Shown here: positions 32,175 to 43,811 of the stretch, in pieces
Layout: every line of letters begins with the position of its first letter
Position numbering within the stretch: the first letter of the stretch is position 1
Assembly (NCBI GenBank): GCA_963737805.1
Contig: CAVTUE010000005.1
Coordinates: 4,139-68,138 of the forward strand
Reading direction: 5' to 3'
From: an uncultured Acidimicrobiaceae bacterium
Lineage (GTDB): Bacteria; Actinomycetota; Acidimicrobiia; Acidimicrobiales; RAAP-2
DNA: 64,000 bases
Notes under the pieces: generated by a model
What the model was told of the DNA's origin: nothing
Database searches by the model: none
The model's input: only the letters and a program-made list of their open reading frames with translations
Program-made: the position numbers and the translations under genes

Positions 32175-34333
32175 GTGGACGCAACCGAGCGAGCCGGGAC
32201 CGGCGACGGTGTCACCGCGCGGCTGCGCGGGTTGTTCACGCCGCGGTCCGTGGCGCTCGTCGGGGCGACTGACAACTCGCAGTGGTCGGTGTTCACACAC
32301 GCGAACCTTCGGCGGTACTCGCCCGACGTCACCCTCCACCTCGTGCACCCCCATCACGAGAAGGTGCACGGTGAGGCGGCGCACAAGTCGGTATCCGCCA
32401 TCGGAGAGTCGGTCGACCTTGCCTACGTCATGGTGCCCACTTCCGCGGTAATGGAGGTGGTGGAAGAGATCGCCGATGTCGGCACCCGCAACCTGGTGAT
32501 CCTGACCGCCGGTTTTGAAGAGGCCGGACCCGCAGGGGCGGAGTTGGCCACCCGCCTAGAGAAGCTCGCCGTCCGCCGTGGCCTCGCCGTCCTCGGCCCC
32601 AACGGCAATGGTTTCATCAATGTCGCTGGCGGGGTCGCTGCCTACGGCCTGCCGATCGCACCACCCCTGGTTGGCGGGCCGGTGGGGATAGTCCTGCAGT
32701 CCGGCGGTCTGGCTGCCGCGGTGCTGTCGGGAGCGCAGGTCCGCGGCGTGGGGCTCAGCCTCATGGTTTCCACTGGCAACGAGGCGCTGATCTCGGCGAC
32801 CGACATCATGCGCTACCTCATCGAGGACGAAGACACCAAGGTGATTGCGGCATTCTTGGAGTCGGTCCGTCACCCTGAGGACTTCCGGGACATGGCGGAG
32901 CGGGCCTTACATGCCGGCAAGCCGATCGTCGCCCTCAAAGCCGGCCGCTCCGAGCAGGGTGCCCGTACCGCCCTCGCTCACACTGGTGCTCTCGCGGGCG
33001 ACGACCAGATGATCGACGCGGCGTTCCGTCAGCTTGGGGTGGTGAGGGTGAACTCCCTCGAGGAGCTGCTCGCCACGGCCGGCTACCTCGGCTACCACCC
33101 CGACGTGAAGGGCCGGCGCATCGCGGCGGTGACCCCGTCGGGTGGAGCGTGCGACCTACTCGCCGACCGGGCGTCGAGCGAGGGGCTGGAACTGCCTGAG
33201 TTCCCTGCGGCGACCTTGCAGGCGCTGACCGAATTCCTGCCCTCCTTCTCCAACCCCCACAATCCTCTCGACGTCACCGGCTACGTGGTAGTCGATCCGC
33301 GGCTGTCTTTCGAGGCGTTGCAGATCGTCGCCAAGGAGGCCGCCGGCAATTACGACATGATCCTCTACGCGATCAGCTTGCCCAGGATCGCCCCGAAGGA
33401 TCTCAAGCCGATCGTCGACCGCCTTGACGCGCTGGCGTCGGCCCGGCAACGGATCCCGGTCCCGTTGCTCCTGCAGACCTCGGTGGTATCGGACCTGCCT
33501 TCCTACGCGCAGGAGCTGTTCGGGCAGAGGGACCTGTACGTGCTCGACGGTATCGAGCTGGGTACCCGCGCCATCGGCCACGGTGCCCGCTACCATGAGC
33601 GGCGCGACCGTTGCCTCGCCGGCTCACCCCCCTCCATCTCGCCGGCGCCGCCGCTTTTGGTTCCCGCCGGCGCCGAAGGCGTCTGGACGGAGCATCGTCC
33701 GCGCGCCCTTCTGGAAGCCCATGGCATCCCGCTGGCACCAGCAGCGCTGGCGAAGAGCGCGGCAGAAGCGGTGGAGCTGGCCGCTTCCTATGCACAACCG
33801 GTGGCGATGAAGATCGCCTCGGATCAGGTTGCCCACAAGTCCGACTTCGGCGGGGTGCGCCTCGAAGTCCATCCGGCCCAGGCGGCGATCGCGTTCGGTG
33901 AGTTGGCAGCAGCGCTGGCGGAACACCGTCCCGGTGCCCTCCTCGCTGGGGTGCTGGTCGGGCCGATGCGCCGGGGCGGTATCGAGCTGCTGGTCGGGGT
34001 CGTGACCGATCCGGATTGGGGGAAAGTGCTCTCGGTCGGGCTCGGCGGGCTCTGGGTGGAAGTGCTCAATGACACCTCCCTGCGTCTGCTTCCCGTCGAC
34101 AAGGTCGACGTCGCCGAGATGCTCGCCGAACTACGTGCCGCTGCGCTGCTGACGGGGGCACGCGGTTCGACGCCAGCGGACATCGACCGTCTGTGCCAAG
34201 TGATCGCCGACATCGCCGCTCTTGCTGAGGGGCTCGGCCCGGCGCTCGACACCCTCGAGGTCAACCCGCTTCGCGTCGATGGACCTGACGTCGAGGTGCT
34301 CGACGCGCTGGTCGTCTGGAAGGAAGGACAGCT

Positions 34334-34337
<4 letters not shown>
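32175..34337 (+). CDS. Acyl-CoA/acetyl-CoA synthetase, ADP-forming (CoA-binding plus ATP-grasp domains)
   Basis: GTG at 32175 after GGGGAGG. Motifs are RSVALVGATDN, VMVPTSAV, VLGPNGNGFINV and ALAHTGALAGDD, with a C-terminal ATP-grasp part (VAMKIAS...HKSDFGGVRL). Confidence 0.85.
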
Positions 34338-35160
<823 letters not shown>

Positions 35161-35164
<4 letters not shown>

Positions 35165-35369
35165 AGGCGGCGCCGAAGCCAACACCCGAAACAGCGCCCG
35201 ACTGGGTGGCCGCCAACCCGGGGAGAGCTTCAGATCCAGCGATGCAACGTGTGCGGCCCGCACCCTTCTACCCGAGGACCGCGTGCGCGTCGTAACGAGA
35301 GGAGCACTCTTGGTTGAGCCAAGCCTTCGGCCGGGGTACGACCAATACGGCGGGCGACATCCATGGTGA
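35161..35369 (+). pseudogene. Truncated DUF35-type Zn-ribbon/OB-fold protein (frame changes; C-terminal OB part missing)
   Basis: The GTG overlaps the SDR stop (GTGA). Across frames it reads APDWVAANPGELQIQRCNVCGPHP.YPRTACAS and then LLVEPSLRPG. The similarity ends where GC content drops, at about 35.38 kb. Confidence 0.5.
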
Positions 35370-35491
35370 ACTTGCACAATTCGACCGCTGGACTGGCTCG
35401 CCAGCCACCAGGCGCTCACAGACGGCTCGGCGAAACTCCCTTCAGGCCACGGACAGAACGATCTGATGCCCTATCCGGGACCCCTGAACTG

Positions 35492-36142
35492 TCAGCTTCC
35501 GCGATCTGGACGCTCGTTCACGAGGCTGCTACGAAGCTGGTGAAGAAGGTCGCGTTCGTCTGTCCGAAGGAGCGTGGACAGTTGTCCGTCACGTGGTTTA
35601 CCGGTCGAGAGCCGATCCGTAAGAAGTGCAAGGTTTCCTTCGCTGTGCTGGAGTTGTAGCCGCAGTTCGTCGCGCTCGGCCTCAAGCGTCTTCGACTCAG
35701 CTTTTGCCTGCGACAGGGTGCGTTCCAAGTCGTCGATACGCCGCTCGAGTCGTTCGATCCGGCGGCGCGCCCACGACCCGTCCGTCTCTCGCTCTCGATT
35801 TCCCTGGCTTAGAGTCTGAACGACCTGAACAAGTAAGGCGGAGGCCAATAGGTCGTAATCCATATCTACGTTTGTCTGTTGCATCTTGGCCGGTTGGTTT
35901 TGAACGTCCGACGGCGAAGAGTCGGCAACTGGCACAATTCGATAGGTCCTCTTACCTTTGACCTCTCTGGTCAATTGACCCGCTCGATCCATGTTGGCGA
36001 TCAGTTGAGTGAAGCTCGCCTCTGACCCGTGGAAATCGAGTGCTTCCCGAAGCTTCGCCGTTGCTCTCCCTGTCGGGTCTTCGATCGGCCCATGCTGCGT
36101 GAGATGCTGCACCACCTGTTGGCGGATGTGGCTTTGCGACAT
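35492..36142 (-). CDS. Hypothetical protein: N-terminal winged-helix-like domain plus a long coiled coil
   Basis: ATG at 36142 preceded by AAGGGAGAAGGGC. The coiled-coil stretch reads RRIERLERRIDDLERTLSQAKAESKTLEAERDELRLQLQ. The gene sits in a lower-GC region with AT-rich flanks. Confidence 0.55.
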   Translation of the reverse strand: MSQSHIRQQVVQHLTQHGPIEDPTGRATAKLREALDFHGSEASFTQLIANMDRAGQLTREVKGKRTYRIVPVADSSPSDVQNQPAKMQQTNVDMDYDLLASALLVQVVQTLSQGNRERETDGSWARRRIERLERRIDDLERTLSQAKAESKTLEAERDELRLQLQHSEGNLALLTDRLSTGKPRDGQLSTLLRTDERDLLHQLRSSLVNERPDRGS

Positions 36143-36299
36143 GCCCTTCTCCCTTGCGACTCCATCACGGCTATTCATCGAGGGTTGCCTGTCGACGAAT
36201 CAGATCATTTGGAGGATGAATGACTTAACAAGATCCTAGCGTAGGTTACTATTGAGTCATCGTTTTAAGCTGTGGAAGTGATTGTAGCCATCTCAAATA

Positions 36300-36601
36300 G
36301 TGATTTACGCCATTACGAAACGTGTCATCAGGCAATTCGTACAAATCCCTCGTCCGGCACCCCCAAAAGAGCTCAACGACCTCACCGAACGAGAACAAGA
36401 AACACTGCGCCTCCTCGCTGGCGGCTTGTCAAACGCTGAAATTGGCGACGCCTCTACATCAGCGAGACAACTGTCAAGACGCACGTCACTCACATCCTCC
36501 AGAAGCCCGGTCTCCGCGACCGCGTCCAAGCCGTCGTCTTGGCCTACCAGAGCGGGCTCACACCAACACTCGACCACGAAGATCACGATCGGAGGAGTTG
36601 A
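36300..36601 (+). pseudogene. Remnant of a LuxR/NarL-type response regulator (only the C-terminal HTH survives; frame change near 36450)
   Basis: It reads [23 protein letters not shown], then in the next frame [36 protein letters not shown]. No receiver domain lies upstream. Confidence 0.65.
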
Positions 36602-37254
36602 GCGACCCTAACGTCTTGGACCGGTGGCTCTTCGCCGGGCCGATTCGCGGGCGCCAGCTGCGCAGAGAGTTGCCCGCGTCGCTCACCGACCTCTCCACGC
36701 TCGTCTCCTGACGCCACTCCACCAAGGAAAGCCCGCACGACTTCCATCTGGCGAGGCGGATTGAGTTCACCGTCTCGGTCGAGGCCAAAGCACGGGTCCA
36801 CATGTCCAACGATGTCGTGGACGGCCCGAAATCTGTCGTAGGAGCCGCCGAGGTCGCAGCCCAGAAGCGGGTGACGGCGGTCCCGCTCCCTGGCGCTCGT
36901 GGTGATCTCCAGCACCCGACGAGTGCGCACTCCGCCGATCAGCTCATCATCGGAGTCGTAGGGGCGTGCACAGCGAGTGAATTCGACTCGGAGACCGCCA
37001 TGGAGCGGATGATCAGAAGATCTGTCAAGTGGGTGAAGATTGCATCCGACTGGCGTTTCGAGCTGGTCGTACGCGGCACGGACCGTTGCATTGATGTGGT
37101 CATTTCGCGCCGCCTGAAAAACGCTTGGCCACTTCACCGGCAAGATCTGGATCAACTCTTCGGGACTCCCGCGAACAAACCTCAAACGCAGACCCTCCTC
37201 ATCCGGCGATCCGTCGTCGAATACGTCGGCCGTCGTGCCTCCCTCGTCACGCAA
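36583..37254 (-). CDS. Hypothetical protein (start and C-terminal frame uncertain)
   Basis: A protein-like stretch runs [21 protein letters not shown]...[14 protein letters not shown]. The likely frame change is near 36800. I could not assign a family. Confidence 0.35.
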   Translation of the reverse strand: MRDEGGTTADVFDDGSPDEEGLRLRFVRGSPEELIQILPVKWPSVFQAARNDHINATVRAAYDQLETPVGCNLHPLDRSSDHPLHGGLRVEFTRCARPYDSDDELIGGVRTRRVLEITTSARERDRRHPLLGCDLGGSYDRFRAVHDIVGHVDPCFGLDRDGELNPPRQMEVVRAFLGGVASGDERGEVGERRGQLSAQLAPANRPGEEPPVQDVRVAQLLRS

Positions 37255-37275
37255 CCCGTTGCTACGGTCATCGCG

Positions 37276-40043
37276 ATGACCGGTCGGCCCCGTGTTCGAA
37301 GATGGCACGGGCCGGTTGTCAGTGCGGGGGCGCTGGCCCTGCTGGGTGTGCTGTCTGCGACAGCTACCGGCCCTCCCCTCCCCGCCTCGGGCGCCTCGCC
37401 GCCCTCCACCGCCGGAACGAACCCGGCGGCCCTCGTCCACCCGCTCGACGGCACCGCGACCGGACCGGTGAGCCCCGGGACCGTCGGCGAGTTCCCTGGC
37501 GCGGACCTCCCGTTCGGCATGATCCAGTGGAGCCCCGACACCAGCCCCAACGAGGCGCAGGCCGGCGGAGGGTACGCCTACGACGACTCAGCGATCAGCG
37601 GCTTCAGCCTCACCCACCTGAGCGGCACGGGATGCCCGTCCTATCAGGACGTCCCGATCCTGCCCACCGTGGGTGCGGTGACGTCGCCCGCGACGGCGGT
37701 CGCCACCTTCTCGCATCAACAGGAGCATGCCGCGCCCGGCCGCTATCAGGTCGAGCTCGGGAGCCCAGCTCCCATCTCGGTCTCCATGGCCGTCACCACA
37801 CGGTCGGGCATCTCGAACTTCGACTTCCCCGCGGCGCAGAGTCCAACGTGCTCTTCAAGGTGGCCGATGGCGTCAACCCCGTCACGGCGGCCAGCGCGCG
37901 GGTGGTCGGTCACAACGAGGTCGAGGGCCAGGTGAGCAGCGGGCAGTTCTGTGGGACCGGATCCAGCTACACGCTGCACTTCGTCGCCCTCTTCGACCGG
38001 CCGTTCTCGGCGGCGGGGATGTGGAGCGGTTCGGGCACGGCCCCCGGAGCCGCCGACTGCAACGGGACGTCTTGTGGTGCTTTCGCCACCTTCGACACGA
38101 CCAGGCAGCAGCAGGTTCTGATGAAGGTCGGAATTTCCTTCATCAGCACACAGGATGCCCTCCAGAACCTCCAAGGAGAGGATCCGGGCTGGTCACTGCA
38201 GAGCGTCAGCGCCCAGGCGCAGAATCGCTGGAACAGCCTGCTCGGCCGGATCGCCATCCGGGGCGGCACCCAGACGCAGGAGCACACTTTCTATACGGCG
38301 CTGTACCACTCGCTCCTCTTCCCCAATGTGGTCTCCGACCTGAACGGCCGATACGACGGAAATGACGGGAAGGTCCATACGGCCGAGCATCGCAACGAAT
38401 ACGCCAACTTCTCCGAGTGGGACATCTACCGCAGTGAGATCCAGCTCGAGTCGCTACTCGCTCCCCATGACGTCGGTGACATGGTGCAGTCACTCGTGAA
38501 CGATGCAAAGCAGGACGGCTGGCTCCCGAAGTGGGCCATCGTCGGCGGGGACGAGTCGCAGATGAATGGCGACTCGGCGGATCCCATCATCGCTGACGCC
38601 TACGCCATGGGTGTCCGCAATTTCGACGTCGCTTCGGCGCTCAAATACATGGTCAAGGGCGCGACCCAGAACGAGGCGGGCCATGGGCTCGAGATCGAGC
38701 GGCAGTATCTCAGCCAGTACATCTCGCAGCATTACGTCAATGCGAGCTCGCTGGACCTGACATCAATCGACTACTCCATCGGAGGCTCGGTCACGCTTGA
38801 GTACGCCCTCGACGACTTCGCCATCGCGCAGATCGCCACGGCCGAGCACAACCGCTCGCTGGCGTCGACCATGAACCGGCGCGCCGCTAGCTGGGAGTAC
38901 CTGTTCAACCCCGCCACGGGCTATATCCAGGCTCGCGGCACGGACGGCAGCTTCCCTCCCGGGGCGGCGTTCGAGGCATCACAGCTCGAGCCAGGCGGGC
39001 AGACGGGCTTCGAGGAGGGCAATGCGGTGCAGTACACATGGTCCGTCCCCCAAGACCTGGGCGCCCTGGCCTCGCTGATGGGCGGCGACGCTGCTGCCAC
39101 CACCAAGCTCAAGACCTTTATGAGCTCCCTCAACGCGACGAGAGATGTCCCCGAGGAATGGTCCGGCAACGAGCCCGACGAGTGGGCTCCGTGGGAGTTC
39201 GACTCCTTCGGGGCTCCGGACGAGACCGAACGTGCCGTACGCGCCATTGCGGACACGCAGTACGCGGACGCTCCGGTCGACGAGCCCGGGAATGACGATC
39301 TGGGCGCCCTCTCCTCCTGGTACGTCTGGGCCGCCCTCGGACTGTTCCCCGTGACGCCGGGCTCGGCGGACCTGGCGCTGGCCAGCCCCCTCTTCCCGTC
39401 CGTGACCATCACACTCGCGGACGGTCACCGTCTGGTCGAGCAGGCCACGGGCGCGGCCGCCTCCCGGCCGTACGTCCACACGCTGAGGATCTCGGGCGTC
39501 GCCCACCCTGCCCCCGCAAAGCCGACCTGCTCCGGCACTCCGGAGCCGCACTCCACCACCGGAAGCTGGGATCTGCCCTGGCTCCCGGCATCCGCGCTCG
39601 ACACGGGCGGAATCATGCACTACGTCCTGTCCGCCACGCCGGACCCCACATGGGCGTCGTCGTCGTCCGCCCGCCCCCCTTCGTTTGGGCAAGGTCAACT
39701 GCCGGCGGTCGGATTTTCGCTGCCGAGCGGCGCGGCATCCGCCACGGCCGGGCAACCGACCACGATCCAGCTCGGGATGGTGCGGGCCGGTGACCAGGCG
39801 ACCACAGTCCGGTGGCAGGCGGTGGCGAATCCGACTGGGCTGACGGTGTCACCGTCCTCCGGCACGCTGACGCTGGCGCAGTCTCATGGCGACGCCGCGG
39901 GATGCGGCCCGCCCCAGCCCGCCAGGCAGCTGCTCAGCGTCACCGCTCCGGCGGCGGGGTCCTACTCGGTCCGCGTGAATCTCAGCACCACCAGCGGGGT
40001 GACGCTACCGCCCGTCGTAGTCGACGTCGAGGTTCAGCCCTGA
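37276..40043 (+). CDS. GH92-family alpha-mannosidase, secreted (frame change near 37845)
   Basis: The signal peptide and N-terminus come from ORF 36802..37935 (MTGRPRVRRWHGPVVSAGALALLGVLSA..., DLPFGMIQWSPDT, GFSLTHLSGTGC). The remainder comes from ORF 37125..40043 (FYTALYHSLLFPN, NFSEWDIYRS, DGWLPKW, GNDDLGALSSWYVWAALGLFPV). Confidence 0.88.
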
Positions 40044-40361
40044 GGACCTAGAGCGCGTTCGCTACCAGCCCACGCCCTTCTGGCGTTTCCCTGTTCGAGC
40101 CCATCGCCCGAAGTCGTCGCACGACCCGTCGAAGGCCGCAACGCCGACGCACGGCCACCGCAGGTGGCAAGGAGAGGGTCGATGCCGCGCTGCCTCACAC
40201 ACTTAGGGCTCAAGATTCACAGACTTCACAGGAACGACCTGCACGAGTCGGAGTTGTTCACCAAACTGCAATGCGATGCTCAGGAACCGCTCAAGAGCAG
40301 TTAACTTCCGCTGTACCTCCGCCCATCACCATGGGCTACCAGGAGGAGGAACCCACTCCCT

Positions 40362-40565
40362 ATGGTTCCGGCGAAATCAATGACACTCTTGATGGTCAGC
40401 ATTCCCCTCATGGTCCTGGCAATCGCGGTAGCTGTCTTGCCGCTAGTTGTGATGTCACACGCCGACCACCGTCGTCGCACGGCAGAAACGATCTCCCGCA
40501 GCCATGGGACTCCGAATGAGTCCGTCACAGCGGTCGAATCGGAGTGCGTGCCCCTAGCGGCCTGA
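40362..40565 (+). CDS. Possible small membrane protein (67 aa)
   Basis: The ORF has one clear hydrophobic helix (LLMVSIPLMVLAIAVAVLPLVVM) and lies upstream of the TMEM175-like gene. No homology was recognised. Confidence 0.3.
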   Translation: MVPAKSMTLLMVSIPLMVLAIAVAVLPLVVMSHADHRRRTAETISRSHGTPNESVTAVESECVPLAA

Positions 40566-40691
40566 AGCTTCTCGTGCCGTCACAAGGCTTCCATCGTGTT
40601 ATGGGTAGGTGCCACAGAGCGGGTGAATCCGTAGTCGTCCCACGTAGTTGTTGAACGCCACAGAGCCCGTTCTGGGGCCCGGGCTCAAGTC

Positions 40692-41339
40692 GTGTTGGTC
40701 GTAGCGATTCTCGGTCAACGGCACCTGGTATGCGATGCTCTCGCTGTGACAAAAGGGCGGCTCGAGGCATTCACAGATGCCGTGATCGCCATCGTCATGA
40801 CGATCATGGTGCTCGATCTCCGGCCACCTGCTGGTCACGGTTTCGGGGATCTGAGGCCACTGGTGCCAAAGCTTCTTGTCTACGCCTTGAGCTTCACCTT
40901 CTTGGCCATTTACTGGAACAACCACCACCATTTGATGCACGTCGTGGAGCGCATCGATGGTCGGGTTCTCTGGGCGAACATGGGACTGCTGTTCTCACTC
41001 TCGCTGACGCCCGCGGCCACGGCGTGGTTGGGTGAACATCCGAGAAACACCGCCCCGGTGCTCGTGTACGGATTGGTCCTGCTTCTTTCGGCTATCGCCT
41101 ACTTCCTGCTCACCCGGGCGCTCTTAGCACTGCATCCGGCGGGTTCACCATTGGCCGTGGCGATCGGCAGTGACCGCAAGGGCCGGCTTTCGGCTATCGC
41201 ATATGTGGCGGGGATCGTTGTGGCGCTCTTCGAACCATGGGTAGCCCTTGCGATATACGTCGGGGTAGCAGTCGTCTGGCTTGTGCCCGACAGGCGAATT
41301 ACGAGGGTCATCGAGGGTGGAGAGGGGGCCAACTCCTAA
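40692..41339 (+). CDS. TMEM175/DUF1211-family putative potassium channel
   Basis: The signature RLEAFTDAVIAIVMTIMVLDL is followed by further helices (LLVYALSFTFLAIYWNNHH...). An alternative GTG start lies at 40746. Confidence 0.75.
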   Translation: MLVVAILGQRHLVCDALAVTKGRLEAFTDAVIAIVMTIMVLDLRPPAGHGFGDLRPLVPKLLVYALSFTFLAIYWNNHHHLMHVVERIDGRVLWANMGLLFSLSLTPAATAWLGEHPRNTAPVLVYGLVLLLSAIAYFLLTRALLALHPAGSPLAVAIGSDRKGRLSAIAYVAGIVVALFEPWVALAIYVGVAVVWLVPDRRITRVIEGGEGANS

Positions 41340-41492
41340 AGGACGAGGACGGCTGCAAACGTGCCCTCCGATCCGGCAGCGAGCAATGTAGGGGGGCAGG
41401 TTGCCTTTACCGATCGACTACTCGAGGTCAATACCATTCTTCGCATTGGAAGGAGTCGGGATGGCCGAAAACGGGGAACTGAAACCACTAGC

Positions 41493-41577
41493 AGGTGAGG
41501 TGCTGACCCACCGCCGCTGACCAGCGGAAACAACGAGAAATGCTCCGGGGGAGAGACTCGAACTCTCAACTTAGCGG
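41493..41577 (-). repeat. Duplicated 3' half of tRNA-Asn plus about 48 nt of its downstream flank (att-like direct repeat, copy A)
   Basis: AGGTGAGGTGCTGACCCACCGCCGCTGACCAGCGGAAACAACGAGAAATGCTCCGGGGGAGAGACTCGAACTCTCAACTTAGCGG aligns with 43614-43697. The tRNA-derived 36-37 nt differ by a single mismatch. Confidence 0.85.
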
Positions 41578-41893
41578 GCCCCCCGGACGAGGATTCTGAA
41601 CAGGATCAACTCGAATAGTCCCAGCTAGATGAGCAAATGGACCTACCGCCAATAACCGCTCGTGACCCTAATTTCCGATCCTTCGCGCGCGGATCGCGTG
41701 TGGAGGTTGACTCCTTCACAGCTTTCGCGTTCGTTACGCGATGCGTCAAAGGGAAGTGGCAGGCGAACAAGGACACGGAGCGCAGCGGAGTCCCCGCACT
41801 GACCCTTGACGTGTCGGGTTGCCCCGAAGACCAGACCGGAACAGAGGTCGGAGCGCCAGGGCCGGCCTGTCTGCGCTTAGGTCTGCCTCTCGC

Positions 41894-42282
41894 TTACGAG
41901 CGGCGCGGAGCGTCATACTCGGCATCGCTCACGTGGTCGCCAAACTGCGGCGGGCCCTCGGTAATCGAGATGTGGGTCATGAAATGCTCCGAGGTAGCGC
42001 CATGCCAGTGCTCCTCTCCGTCAAACGCGTAGACGATGTCCCCGAGCGAATCTCGACGATATCTTCGCCACGCGACTGGACGAGGCCCCGCCCCTCGGTC
42101 ACGTAGAGGGTCTGGCCTCCTTTGTGGCGATGCCAGGCCGTGCGGGCGCCTGGCGTGAAATGCACCGCACCTACGTTGAGCTGGGAGGGCGGTTCGCCCT
42201 GGGTCACCGGATCGATCCAGACCTCCCCGGTGAACCACTCTGCAGGTCCCTTTCCGGTTGGCTGCTTTGGTCGAAGTTCCAT
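41894..42282 (-). CDS. Cupin-domain protein (frame change near 42040)
   Basis: ATG at 42282 after AAGGAG. It reads MELRPKQPTGKGPAEWFTGEVWIDPV...VHFTPGARTAWHRHKGGQTLYVTEGRG, then in the next frame DIVYAFDGEEHWHGA. Confidence 0.75.
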
Positions 42283-42326
42283 TTCATTTCTCCTTGTCAG
42301 ACAGAAGGCCGCCAAGACCTTCGTAG

Positions 42327-43154
42327 TCACGCCGGTGCGAGGTCGCCGTAGAAGTAGGAGGCTGTGACGCCACCATCGATCAAGAAGTCGCTCCCGGTGA
42401 TGAACGCACCGTCACGTCCCATGAGCAGCGCTCCGAGTGTCCCGATCTCGTCCGGCGTGCCGGCCCGCCCCGCCGGCGCCCGTGCGATCATGCGCCGATA
42501 GCCCTCTCCACGGGGACCAGTCAGTTCGTCGTTGGCCAGTGGCGTCATGACGATGCCAGGGCTGATCGTGTTTACCCGAGCACCTCGCTTGGCCCAGCGC
42601 ACGGCCTCGGCCATGACCCTGAGTGAGTTGCCGCGCTTGGCCAGTTGGTACGCGTGAAGCGTGTCAGCAACGTGTCCGGACTGCAGCATCTCGAGGGCGA
42701 GCAGATCGTCTGCTGGCGTGGTGGCCAGGGCGGCGTCTTGTTCAGAACTGAGAGCTCCGAGCCGGTGCCCCGACTGAGAAGAAATAACGATTCCGGACCC
42801 GCCGCCGGCGATCACGTTGCCGAATTCCTCGAGAATCAGAGCAGTGCCGTAGAGGTCCACGGCGAGGATGGTCTCCACCGACGCCTGGCTAGGCGAGACG
42901 CCGGCGGCATGGATGACGCCGCTGACATCACCAAGTGCGGTGGCGGTCTCGACAAGCGTGTGAACCGATTCACGTTCCGAGACGTTCACAACTGCAGTGC
43001 TGATGTCGAACCCCGCGTTGGTCAGCACTTCGGCCGCTTCCTCGGCGTTGTCCTTGCGCAGGTCGGCCAGGACGAGGTGCTTTCCGGCGCTGACCCGCCG
43101 GGCGATGGCCTGGCCGATCTGCCCGGCTCCGATGACGGCAATGACTTCGCTCAT
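42327..43154 (-). CDS. SDR-family oxidoreductase
   Basis: ATG at 43152-43154 after GGAG. Motifs are MSEVIAVIGAGQIGQAIARR, YQLAKRG (YxxxK) and NTISPGIVMTPL. In the ORF track it is fused to the upstream DUF2255 reading. Confidence 0.8.
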   Translation of the reverse strand: MSEVIAVIGAGQIGQAIARRVSAGKHLVLADLRKDNAEEAAEVLTNAGFDISTAVVNVSERESVHTLVETATALGDVSGVIHAAGVSPSQASVETILAVDLYGTALILEEFGNVIAGGGSGIVISSQSGHRLGALSSEQDAALATTPADDLLALEMLQSGHVADTLHAYQLAKRGNSLRVMAEAVRWAKRGARVNTISPGIVMTPLANDELTGPRGEGYRRMIARAPAGRAGTPDEIGTLGALLMGRDGAFITGSDFLIDGGVTASYFYGDLAPA

Positions 43155-43180
43155 GATGATCTCCTCTTCTCGCAGGTGAG

Positions 43181-43568
43181 TCAGACCTGCCGTGCGACTG
43201 GCAACAGGCGGATGGTGACGTCGTGCGACTCGATCCCGGTGACGTGGCCGACAATGATCGCCCCGTAGCTGTCGTATTTGTGGTGGTAGGCCGTGTCGAT
43301 GGCCTTGCGAGCCGGATTGGGCCTTCGCGAACGACACGTCGGCTTCGACGCCGCCGGCGCTGATGCGACCCGCCCGACTCGCCAGGGCGTGGCGGTACCA
43401 CGGCCGGTCGCTCCCTCCAGCCGATCGGACGAAGAGCTCGTCACCGGTCCGCACCACCCACATGGTCGTGAAGGGTCGCAATGACCCGTCGGACCGGCGG
43501 GCGGCCAGGCGCAGCTCATCGGCGCCACCGATCTTGTCGAGCTGCTCGGAAGTCCCGGTGGCGTCCAT
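43181..43568 (-). CDS. DUF2255-like protein (frame change near 43310)
   Basis: It reads MDATGTSEQLDKIGGADELRLAARRSDGSLRPFTTMWVVRTGDELFVRSAGGSDRPWYRHA, then in the frame of ORF 43181..43528 AIDTAYHHKYDSYGAIIVGHVTGIESHDVTIRLLP. Confidence 0.6.
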
Positions 43569-43613
43569 CAGATCGATCGCGGGCGTGGCGCCGCGGGACG
43601 AGCGAGAGGTGGA

Positions 43614-43734
<121 letters not shown>

Positions 43735-43811
43735 AGGGCGAGGAACGGACCCCGAACGATATCAGCGGTCCGGCACGGCCGTAGCGAGGCTGCGCCCCAG
43801 ATTCGGCGCGA

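Noticed and set aside
41637-42032. 131-aa plus-strand ORF
   Set aside because: It runs antisense across the cupin gene and has no start context or recognisable motif.
41578-43613. Active integrative element or prophage at tRNA-Asn
   Set aside because: No integrase, excisionase, replication or structural genes are recognisable. Only three metabolic-type genes lie between the att-like repeats, so at most this is a decayed remnant.
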